Positions 22,856 through 34,400 of a stretch of DNA of 64,000 nt are shown here, one piece after another (position 1 is the first letter of the stretch; every line of letters starts with the position of its first letter). A program made the translations under genes and the position numbers. Source of the DNA: the human T2T-CHM13v2.0 reference genome, Homo sapiens; assembly GCA_009914755.4 (NCBI GenBank), contig CP068257.2:192001-256000 (forward strand), in the 5' to 3' direction. The notes beneath the pieces were generated by a model. The model made no database searches and was not told the DNA's origin. It saw nothing but the letters and a program-made list of their open reading frames with translations.

Positions 22856-25751
22856 CATGGCTAGCATCACCCTCCTTCCTGGCAGTGACACTGCTGATTT
22901 GAACCCCAGTTTCACAGCTGTCATTTGTAAATAGGACCATTTTCCCTTTTCTCTCTCCCTTCCATTCACAGGGCTTCTCATTCCCTCTGTTTCTGCCTCT
23001 GTTTCAGAGATTTACTCACCTTTTTCTCTCTCACTATGTCTGCCGTGGTCTCCATAAGAGTGTGCCACATACAATTGCCCCATTAAAAGTCATGAATTGA
23101 GTGGATTTTAGTATACCTGTGGTTGTGCACATTCAATTTTAATTCGCAATCCATTTTAGAAGGTTTTATCACCCCCGACCAGAGAAACACCCTGTGGACA
23201 TTAGTCACTCCTCATTCTGTCTCAAACCCTCTCCCTGACCCTCAGCCCTAGGTAACAACTGCATAGAGCGATCAACCCCATATGCATAGATTTCCATATT
23301 GTGGACATTTCCTATAAACGGAATTGCACAATACGTGAGCTTTTGTGACTGACATAACACTTTTAGCACAATAGTTTCAAGATTCATCCACATTGCAGCC
23401 TTACCCACAGGGGGAAACCGCATTTTGTGGTTTCAGTAACACCGGGTGTTTTCTCCTTCCTTCCGTCTTTCCTTCCTTCCTTCCTTCCTTCCTTCCTTCC
23501 TTCCTTCCTTCCTCCCTTCCTCCCTTCCTTCCTCCCTTCCTCCCATTTCTCTCTTATTCCTTCTGCCCTCTCTCTTTCATATGCCTTAGGTGCATCCTAC
23601 GTCCTGCATCTTTTTGGGGAATCCTCGACAGGTGCTGGAAAATTGTGTTATTGTAATTATTTACCGGTATCTCTCTTTCATGGTTCTCCATCAGTTGTAA
23701 GCATCTATTGGTTTATCCCAGGTCACTAAGTATATTTTAATTAGCTACACCTGTTTTTCTTTATACACCTGTTTCTGGAGTATAGGGTCGCATACTCATA
23801 AACCCAGTGTAACTCAGAAACGCATCTAATATTCCAATAGACCCATCATAACGTTGAAAAATCATAAATCAAACCAACTTAAGTCACGATTTGGCGCTGG
23901 ATATGGGCTCCATCAATTCCATTGTATTCAATAATGCTGTACACCATTAACAATGGCAGACTGATTGGGCGTGGATGTGGATAACATTATAAAAATCAGT
24001 TATTAGAGGGATACTTTAACCTGACGGAAGAGCTGATCTAATGGTATTAGTACAGTGATGATTATGTGAGATGTTTTGAGACAGAGTAGTACATTTGTGT
24101 ATGAGATTCTGTGGCTTTTTTCACTTAGTAGGAACCTTTGTGTGTGGAAAACTGAGAAAATTGCTTTGTGCTGTAGAGTCTGGCATTCGTTGTAGATTAA
24201 AGCTTATTTTTCTGGATGTAAATCTTATTCAATAAAATACTACTCTTTATAATAAAAAACAAAGACACTGGTGATGTGAAGTCATTATCCTCAGCAAACT
24301 AATCCAGGAACAGAAAACCAAGCACCACATTCTCACTTATAATGGGAGCTGAAAAATGGGATCACGTGGACACAGGAAGGGGAACAACACACACTGGGGC
24401 CTTTCGGGAGGCAGAGCGTTAAGAAAAACAGCTACCGCATGCTGGGCTTAATACCTAGGTGATGGGTTGACAGGTGCAGCAAACCACCGTGGCACACGTT
24501 TACCTTAGTAACAAATCTGCACAGCCTGCCCATATATTCCAGAACTTTGAAACGAAACGAAAGCAAAGAAAACGAGAAAGCAATAGCAAAACGCTAACGG
24601 CGAAACAGAGTTTCAAACTCAGAAAGTGAGAGACCAATGTTTGGTTCAAATCATGGTTCTCAACCCAGGTGCCATAAGGTCAGGATAAAGAATTTGATGA
24701 CGTATTGTAAATAAGACATGCAGCGGAGGACCAGAAAAATCGTTCTCAACATACGTGTGGCTTCGAGTTCAACGGTGACGCTATCTACAGTGTCATAGCA
24801 TTAGATTCCAAAGGGCCGAGTCCAGCAAGACTGGCCTCCCACACTAATAATAATGGGAAGCGCTACGTTGCTTTACCTGTGCTTCTCAGCAACTGGCTAT
24901 AAATCAGGTTTCCACCACTCACAGTTTTAGTTGCATTCATTTGCTGGAAGAGCTCACAGCACGCAGGGAAACACTGACATTTCCCATTTTTTGTATTTTA
25001 GCAGATATTGCAAAGACTTCAGAAAAAACTTTTGGGCTCGGCATGTGGGGAGGGGCGCACTGCCTTCCAGGAAGTGTTATCCAGAAGCTCTCTAAACCCA
25101 GTCCTTTTGGGTTTTTATGGAGACCTCATTCTATAGGCATGATGGGTTAAACCATAGGCTATTGGTGATCAACTCAACCTGGGGCTCTCAACCCTCCCTG
25201 GAAATTGGGGTTGAGGCCTTGCCATTCTCAGTCTGAGTAAAAGAATTTACGCAAACGGAATTTTAAAACATATTAGCATATCTGGAAACTTAACTAGACG
25301 ACGGAATTATCTGGAGCCACACCTTGATATTCCTAACCCGAGCACCCTCATCCAACGAATGCTCCACCCAACTGGCTCCCAAGTCTCTACGGGGTTCCAG
25401 AGCAAAAGAATGTTTATACAACGCATATCTCCACCTTTTCTTCAAAGTCTTTTCGCTTACACGGAAAGACTTCTTCAACTGCCATGCATCAGGGTCAGGG
25501 GGAGGTCTTGTTACAACACAGATCTGCGGATCTCCGGGGTTTGATTGTGGCAAGGATGCTGCTGGTGTCAAAACCACAACGTGGGAACCACAGAACCACT
25601 AGTTGGTTTTCAGTGTTTCAGTGCATACAATTCCTAATATATCTGGCCAAGAAAACTTGTAAGTTCTTAGATTGTCCGAAAGGTGGCGCATGAAATCAAA
25701 TCAGGAGAACAGTTTCCTACGAGGTGTAGCCTGGGAACCTTGGGGGTGACT

Positions 25752-25857
25752 GATGGAAAGGAGGAGTGAAGCTCCGCCCTTTCCGCTGCGAGGCTGCGCC
25801 CGAGGCTATTTAAACCCACCCTGGCTGGCCTGTACTCAGATCTTCGCAGAGCGGAGC
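25752..25857 (+). promoter_or_regulatory. The same putative promoter in unit 4. TATTTAAA is at 25807-25814.
   Basis: Identical sequence to unit 1. Confidence 0.3.
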
Positions 25858-26157
25858 AGCGGCCGGAGCGTTTGGCGGACTCTGCGTGGACTTGGAGCTC
25901 ACAGCGTCTTGCGACTTGGAAGCGGATTCAGAGGACAGGACAGAACACTTGGGCAAGTGAATCTCTGTCTGTCTGTCTCTCTCATTGGTTGGTTTATTTC
26001 CATTTTCTTAAGGAGCACATACCTCACACCACACACACACAAACACACACACACACACGCACGCACGCACGTACACACACACGCACACACACACACTAAT
26101 TCATTCTGCGGGTTAGGAAATTAGTAGGGGTCTCTGGGAGCTGCAGGTTTCCTAATC

Positions 26158-29100
26158 ATGTCTGCACCTAAGAACACTAGGGTCTTGTCTGGCTCTTCTT
26201 ATGAACGGTCCCCCAGCCCGGACTCCCCAAGATCCATGCTAGCCTCACCCAGCTTCTCCCTCTCCCCTCTCAGAAACTCAGACTTAAGAGGAAGCTCCTC
26301 ACCAGGGATCCGGAGCTAACATTCACCATCCCCTAGGGCTTCACCACACTCACCTCTGTCATCACCAGTATCCCCCAATCTCCCATTTCCCTGTCCTATC
26401 CGTGATGGGCAATCAATGAAGCCATTGGGCTCTCCCGTGTCCTCCTCTGAGGATTCTACAGTCACCACATTCATCAGTAATATACCACATGTTCCTACTG
26501 CCATCACCCAGCAGCTCACCCCCAGCTCTCTGGGAGTCTCCTGGGTCTCCCAGCTACTCTCCAAACAACCCCAGATTTCAGCTGGAGTCAGCCCCCCACA
26601 CCCAGGAATCACCTGCAAACTCACGAGCCTCACGGTGCTCCTCCCCTATGTCTTTCATCTCTTCACCCCCAGGCCTCAGGGACTCTCCTGTGGCTCCCAG
26701 TTACTCTCAAGCCATCCCCATGTTCCTGCGGGAGTCAGCCCCATGCACTCAGGAGTCCCCCAGAGACTCACAGGTCTCGGGAGAATATGAGCGGTCCCCC
26801 AGCCCTGACTCCTCAAGATTCATGCCTGCCTCACCCAGCATCTACCTCTCCCCTCCCAGGAACTCAGACCCAAGGGGCAGCTCCTCACAAGGGATGTGGA
26901 AGTACTCTACATCATCCCGCAGGGCTTCACCACTCTCACATCCGTCATCGGCAGAATTCCACAACTTTACATTTCCCTTTCCTAACCAAGCAGGACAATC
27001 ACTCATGTCATTGTGTTCTCCCGTGTCCTCCTCTGGAGATTCCTCACAGTCACCCCATTCATCAATAATATACCATATGTTCTTACTGCCATCATCCAGC
27101 AGCTCACCCCCAGCCACCAATGACTCTCCTGTCTGTCCCAGCTACTCTCCAACTACGCCCAGATTTCAGCAGGCGTCGGTATCCAACACCCCAGAAACAC
27201 CTACAAACTCACAGACCTCAGTGAGATCCTCGCCAGTCTCTCTCACGTCTTCACCCCCAGGCCTTACGGACCCTCCAGTCTCTCCCAGCTACTATCCAAC
27301 CACGCGCACATTTCAGCGCGGGTCAGATCCAGGAACCCAGGGATCACCCGCAAGCCCACCACTTTCACTGTGTTACTCCCCAGTCTCAAGCACGTCTTTA
27401 TCTCCAACCCTCAGGGACTCTCCTGTCTGTCCCAGCTATTCTCCAACCACGCCCACGTTTCAGCGGGAGTCCGTTGCAGGCACCCAGCAATCACCAGCAA
27501 ACTCACCAATTTCACTCAATTACTCTCCAGTCTCTCTCATGTCTTCACCAGCCCTCAGGGACTCTCCCATCTGTCCCAGCTACTCTCCAACCATGCCCAG
27601 ATGTCAGCTGGAAGCAGTTCCTTGCACCCAGGAATCACCACCAAACTCACCAATTTCACTCAATTACTCCGCAGTCTCTCTCATGTCTTCACCAGCCCTC
27701 AGGGACTCTCCCGTCTGTCTCAGCTACTCTCCAACCACGCCACATTTCAGCTGGAGTCAGATCCAGGCACCCCGGAGTCACCACCAAACTCACCAATTTC
27801 ACTCAATTGCTCTCCATTCTCTCTCATGTCTTCAGCAGCCATCAGGGACTCTCCCGTCTGTCCCAGCTAGTCTCCAACCACGCCCACATTTCAGCTGGAG
27901 TCAGATCCAGGCACCCCGGAGTCACCACCAAACTCTCCAATTTCACTCAATTACTCTCCAGTCTCTCTCATGTCTTCACCAGCCCTCAGGGACTCTCCCG
28001 TCTGTCCCAGCTACTGTCCAACGACGCCCAGATTTCAGCTGGAAGCAGTTTCTTGCTCCCCAGAATCAACACCAAACTCACCAATTTCACTCAATTACTC
28101 TCCAGTCTCTCTCATGTCTTCACCAGCCATCAGGGACTCTCCCGTCTGTCCCAGCTACTCTCCAACCACGCCCACATTTCAGCTGGAGTCACTTCCAGGC
28201 ACCCCAGAGTCACCACCAAACTCACCAATTTCACTCAATTTCTCTCCAGTCTCTCCGATGTCTTCACCAGCCCTCAGGGACTCTACTGTCTGTCCCAGCT
28301 AGTCTCCAACCACGCCCAGATTTCAGCTGGAAGCAGTTCCTTTCACCCCGGAATCACCTCCAAACTCACCAATTTCACTCAATTACTCTCTAGTCTCTCT
28401 CATGTCTTCACCAGCCTCAGGGACCCTCCTGTCTGTCACAGCTACTCTCCAACCACCCCCAGATTTCAGCTGGAGTCAGTTCCAGGCACCCCGGAGTCAC
28501 CACCAAACTCACCAGTTTCACTGAGGTACTCCCCGGTCTCTCTCATGTCTTCACCGCCAGCCCTCAGGGACTCTCCTGTGTGTCCCAGCTACTCTCCAAC
28601 CACGCCCACATTTCAGCTGGAGTCACTTGCAGGCACCCAGGAATTACCTACAAACTCAGCAGTTTCACTGAGTTACTCCCCAGTCTCTCTCATGTCTTCA
28701 GCCCCAGCCCCCTGGGACTCTCCTGTCTGTCCCAGCTCCTCTCCCACCACGCCCAGATTTCAGAGGGAGTCAGCCTCCCACACTCTGGAATCACCTGCAG
28801 ACTCACAGACTTCACGGAGGTCCTCCCTGATCTCTCTCAAGTCTTTGCCCTCAGCCCACAGGGACTCTTGTGTCTCTTTCAGCTACTCTCGAAACTTCTC
28901 TAGATTCCAGCTGGACTCAGTTCCAGGCACCCACGACACACCACCAAACTCACGAATTTCACTGACTTACTGCCCAGTCTCTCTCATGTTCTCACCCCCA
29001 GCCCTCAGGGACTCTTCTGTCTCTCTCAGCTACTCTCCAACCATCTCCACATCACACCTGGGGTCAGCTTCCCACACCCAGGAATCACCTACAAACTCAC

Positions 29101-29708
29101 GGACCTTACTGCAACCCTCCCCCATTTCTTTCACCTCTTCACCCCCTGCTTTCTGGGACTCTCCTGTGTCTCCCAGCTTCTCTCCAGCCTTCCCCAGATT
29201 TCTGCCACAGTCAGCCCCAGGCACCCAGGGGAACCCTGGACACTCATAGTCCTCACGAGACTATTTCCCAATGACTTGTATCTATAGAGCGATGGCTCCC
29301 ATGCTTCCCTCAGTGACCCCAAACCCATCTCCACTTACACTCAGACACTCCCAGGGCCTGACAGCTACTCCCCGTTATTGTCCTTCAGCTCGAAGCCCTG
29401 GCCCATCTACTAGCCAACATGATGCAGCTACCTGGCCATGTCTCCACATTTCTGGGGAGGGCCCCACACCCAGCCGCAGAAGAGCCCCTCCTGCATTCCG
29501 TCCTCACACACAGGCCTGTCCATCCACTTGCTACTGTCACACTCTTGCCAGCAGAAGAGGCCCCTGTAATGGCCGATATCACCGCCCAGTCTATCCTCAC
29601 CCCACAGCTGTGCAGCGGGACCCTCCTGCTGGCCCACGTGGCTGCCACAGCCCATGCTGGCACGACGCTCCAGCATGTCGGCGTCCCTGCGGGCCACGCT
29701 ACCGCTGA
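26158..29708 (+). pseudogene. Disrupted copy of the S/P-rich ORF in unit 4. It has the same TAC>TAA stop at 26317-26319 and several later frameshifts and stops.
   Basis: ATG at 26158 and TAA at 26317. The ORF track fragments are 26489..28393, 27474..29249 and 29271..29708. Stops occur at cccagctagtctcc near 27870 and 28300. Confidence 0.4.
27492..28790 (+). repeat. 144-bp minisatellite in unit 4, about 9 copies, with indels.
   Basis: Same period and motif. Frameshifting indels are present. Confidence 0.9.
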
Positions 29709-29848
29709 CATGGCTAGCATCACCCTCCTTCCTGGCAGTGACACTGCTGATTTGAACCCCAGTTTCACAGCTGTCATTTGTAAATAGGACCATTTTCCCT
29801 TTTCTCTCTCCCTTCCATTCACAGGGCTTCTCATTCTCTCTGTTTCTG

Positions 29849-32147
29849 CCTCCGTTTCAGAGATTTACTCACCTTTTTCTCTCTCACTATGTCTGCCGTG
29901 GTCTCCATAAGAGTGTGCCACATAAAATTGTCCCATTAAAAGTCATGAATTGAGTGGATTTTAGTATACCTGTGGTTGTGCACATTCAATTTTAATTCGC
30001 AATCCATTTTAGAAGGTTTTATCACCCCCGACCAGAGAAACACCCTGTGGACATTAGTCACTCCTCATTCTGTCTCAAACCCTCTCCCTGACCCTCAGCC
30101 CTAGGTAACAACTGCATAGAGCGATCAACCCCATATGCATAGATTTCCATATTGTGGACAGTTCCTATAAGCGGAATTGCACAATACATGAACTTTTATG
30201 ACTGACATAGCACGTTGCACAATATTTTCAAGATTCATCCACATTGTAGGATTTCCCTCAGGGGAAACCCCTTTTTTTCGGGTTTTAGTAACACCGGGCG
30301 TTTTCTTCTTCCTACCGCCCTTCTTTCCTTCTTTCCTTCCTAGCTTCCTACCTTGCTTCCTTCCTTCCTTTTTTTCCTGCTTTCCTCCCTTCCTTCCTTC
30401 CTTCCTTCCTTCCTTCTTTCCTCCCTCCCTTCCTTCCTTCCTTCCTTCCTTCCTTCCTTCCTTCCTTCCTTCCTCCTATTTCTCTCTTACTCCTTCTGCC
30501 CTCTCTCTTTCATATGCCTTAGGTGCATCCCACATTCTGCGTTTTTTTGGGGAAATCCTCGACAGGTGCAGGAAAATTGTGTTATTTTAACTATTTACCG
30601 CTATCTCTCTTTCACGGCTCTCCTTCAGTTGTGAACATCTATTGGTTTATCCCAAGTCACTAAGCATATTTTAATTAGGTACACCTGTTTTTCTTTATAC
30701 ACCTGTTTCTGGAGTATAGGTTCGCATACTCATAAACCCAGTGTAACTCAGAAACGCATCTAATATCCCAATAAACCCATCATAACGTTGAAAAATCATA
30801 AATCAAACCATCAGAAATCACGGTTTTTCCGTGGATATGGGTGTCATCAATTCCATTGTATTCAATAATGCTGTACACCATTAACAATGGCTGACTGATT
30901 GGGAGTGGATATTGATAGCTTTATAAAAGTCAGTTATTAGAGGGATACGTCTTTAACCTGACTGAAGAACTGATCTAATGGCATTTGTACAGTGCATGAT
31001 TATGTGAGATGTTTTGAGAGAGAGTAGTACATTTGTGAACGAAATTTTTTGGCTTTTTTTCACTTAGTAGGAACCATTGTGTGTGGAAAAGTGAGAAAAT
31101 TGCTTTCTGCTCTAGAGTCTGGCATTCATTGTAGATTAAAGCTTATTTTTCTGTGAGCAAAGCTTATTCAATAAAATACTACTCTTTATAATAAAAAACA
31201 AAAACACTGGTGATGTGAGGTCATTAACCTCAGCAAACTAATCCAGGGAAAGAAAACCAAACGCCACATTCTCACTTACAATGGGAGCTGAAAAAGGAGA
31301 TCCCATGGACACAGGAAGTGGAACAACACACACTGGGGCCTTTCGGGAGGCAGAGCGTTAAGAAAAACAGCTACTGCATTCTGGGCTTAATACCTAGGTG
31401 ATGAGTTGACAGGTGCAGCAACCCACCATGGCACACGTTTACCTTAGTAACAAATTTTCATATCCTGCACATATTCCCCTGAACTTAGAAACAAAACGAA
31501 ACAAAAGAAAACGAAAAAGCAATAGCAAAACGCTAAAGGCAAAATAAAGTTTCAAACTCAGAAATTGACAGACCAATGTTTGGTTCAAATCATGGTTCTC
31601 AACCCAGGTGCCACAAGGTCAGGATAAAGAATTTGATTACATATTGTAAATAAGACATGCAGCAAATGACCAGAAAGATTATTCTCAACATATGTGTGTC
31701 TTCTAATTCAATGGTGATGCTATCTACCGGGACATAGCATTAGATTCCAAAGGGCCGAGTCCCGCCAGACAGGCCTCCCACACTAATAACAATGGGAAGC
31801 CCTACGTTGTTTTACCTGTGCTTCTCAGCAACTGGCTATAAATCAGGTTGCCACCACTCCCAGATTTAGTTGCATTCATTTGCTGGAAGAGCTCACAGCA
31901 CGCAGGGAAACACTTACTTTTGCTGTTGTATTTTAGCGGATATTGCAAAAATTTGAGAAATAAATTTTGGGCCCGGCATGTGGGGAGGGGCGCAGTACTT
32001 TCCAGGAAGTGTTATCCAGAAGCTCTCTGAACCCAGTCCTTTTGGGATTTTATGGAGACCTCATTCTATAGGCATGATGGGTTAAACCATAGGCTATTGG
32101 TGATCAACTCAACCTGAGGCTCTCAACCCTCCCTGGAAATTGGGGTT
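29849..32147 (+). repeat. Macrosatellite unit 5, a partial and more diverged edge copy (about 90% identity). It covers only the first 2.2 kb of the unit and ends at the junction with the 18-bp satellite.
   Basis: It aligns to unit coordinates 1 to about 2190. It diverges from the unit at ctggaaattggggtttcacatcaatttc near 32140. Confidence 0.85.
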
Positions 32148-34400
32148 TCACATCAATTTCTGGGTGGATCCTTAAGCTCCAGGTGGATATCCAGTGTCCA
32201 GCTGAACATCATCCCCTCGTGGACGCCCAGTACCCAGGTGGATATCAGGTCTCAGGTGAACACAAGTCACCAGTCAGACATGAAGCACGAGGTACACACT
32301 CAGACCCCAAGAGGACATCTGTCTCCATGTTGACATCACTCTCAAGGTGTACATTAGGCCACATATGTACACCCAGTTCCAAGGCATACACGAGTCCCCA
32401 GTAAAACTCAAGGCCCCAGGAGGAGACTCAAGCCGTAGGTGGATGCCCAGACCCCAGGTAATTACAAGGCCCCAGGTGGATATCAGATTCCAGATGAACA
32501 TTAGGCCCCAAGTGGATACCTAGGCCCCTAGTAAACCTCAGATTCTAGGTTGACATTGAGGCCCCCAGTAGTCATTTGGACCCATGTTGACACTCAGGTG
32601 CCAGGTTCACATGATGTCTTAACTGGACACCAAGGGGCCAGTTTGATACCCAAGTCCTGTGTGGGTGCCAGGTCCAGGGTTACACTCAAGCCCCAAGTGG
32701 ACACCAGGCCCTAGGTGAATAACACAACCCAGGTGGTCATTAGGCCCCAGAATGACACCATCCCCCAGGTTAACAGGAAGCCCCCAGTGGGTACCTAGGC
32801 CCCAGGTGGACATCAGGCCTAATGTGGACACCCAGGATCAAGATGGACATCAGGACTCAGGTGGACATCTGGTGACAGGTGGACAACAAGCCTGGTGTGT
32901 ACCTTGTCCCCGGGTGGTCATCAGGCCCCAGTTCAACACCAGTCCCTGGGTGGATTCCTCGGCTCCAGGTGGACATCCGGTCTTCAGCTGAACATCAGAC
33001 CCCAGGTGAACACCAGGTCTTAGGTGGACATTAGGCCCCTGGTGGACATAAAGTACCAGTGGACATCCATGCTGCAGGTGGACACCCAGCGCCCAGATGG
33101 GCATCAGGCCACATTTGGACATTGAGGCCCCAGGTGGATATCACGCCTCAGGTGAACCCAAGGTCCAACATAGACATCAGGCCTTAGGTTGATGCTCAAG
33201 CACCAGATGGACTGCTGCACCTAAGCAGAAAATAGACCCCTATCTGGATATCTAAGATACAGGTATACAACAAGCCCCAGGCTGACATCCAGACCCCAGG
33301 TGGACACCATACCCCAGGTGAACAGCAGGCAACAGTTTGGCACCAAGTGCCTAAGTGAAACAAAGCCTTAGGTGGTTACCAGGCCATAGGTAGTCATTAG
33401 TCTCCAGCTGGACAATAGTCCCTAGGTGGATACCTAGGCCCCAGGTGGACACTAGACCCCAAATTAACACAAAAACCAAGTAAAAAATCAAGCCCCAAGT
33501 GGACAACCAGGCCCTAGGTAAATACACAAATCTCAAGCTGACACCAGGACCTATTTGGACACCCAAGCCCTAGGTGGACTTCAGGCCACAGGTGAACACT
33601 GAACTCTAGAAGGTCTTCAGGCACCGTGTTGACTACCTGGCCCCAGGGGGACACCAGGTATAGATGAACTTCAGGCACCAGCTGTACATGAGGTTCCAGG
33701 CAAATGTCCAGGCCCCAGGTGGATATCAAACCTCAGATGAACACCAGGCCCCAGGTAGACATCACAAACCAAGTGGACACTCAGGCCCCTACTGAATATC
33801 CATCCCCAGGTGGACATCCATCCCAAGGTGGACATGAGGTCACAGATGTACACTTAAGCCTAAGGCAGACCCCAGGCCCCGGGAAAACTCCAGGCTCCAT
33901 GAGGGCACTCAGACCCCAGGTGGATGCATTGGTCCTAGGTAAATACAAGGCCCCAGATAGACATCAGGCTCCAGTGAACACCGGAGCCCAGGTGGGTACC
34001 TAGTGTCCAGGTGTGCAACAAGCAGAAGGTTGACCCAGTCCCCAGCTGAACTCTGGGCCCCAGCTGGACATCATAACCCAGATCGTCACCCAGGCGGTCA
34101 CCCAGGCTCCAGGTGAACACATGGTCTTAGGTAGACATCAGGCCCCACATGAACACCCAAGCCCCAGGTAGATAACAGGCCTTAGATGTACACCAGACCT
34201 CAGGTGGGCATCTGGCTTCAGATGGCCGTAGGTGGATAACTAAGCCTCTCCTGGATATCAGGCCCCAGGTAGACACCAGGCTCCAGGCGAACATCTAGCC
34301 CCAGGGGGACATCCAGCCCCCGGTGAACATCAGGGCTCACATGGATAAACAGTTTACAGATGGGCACCTGCCACAGGTGCCTCACCTCTACTCCCTGAAA
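32148..34400. repeat. Degenerate satellite of about 18-19 bp, consensus close to CCCAGGTGGACATCAGGC, about 120 copies.
   Basis: The TGGACA/AGGTG core recurs every 18-19 bp throughout. The block abuts the truncated macrosatellite unit. Confidence 0.85.

Larger units (their letters stand above)
15996..22995 (+). repeat. Macrosatellite unit 3 (7000 bp). It holds an intact ORF.
   Basis: Same unit structure. It has one fewer 144-bp repeat than unit 1. Confidence 0.9.
22996..29848 (+). repeat. Macrosatellite unit 4 (6853 bp). Its ORF is disrupted.
   Basis: Same unit structure. The ORF has multiple frameshifts and stops. Confidence 0.9.
1..32147 (+). repeat. Macrosatellite array. It has four full tandem units of about 7 kb plus one diverged partial unit, and it may continue left of the window.
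   Basis: The 75-nt string cctccgtttcagagatttactcacc... recurs at 1, 7137, 15996, 22996 and 29849. Units align along their whole length with about 98-99% identity. Confidence 0.95.
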
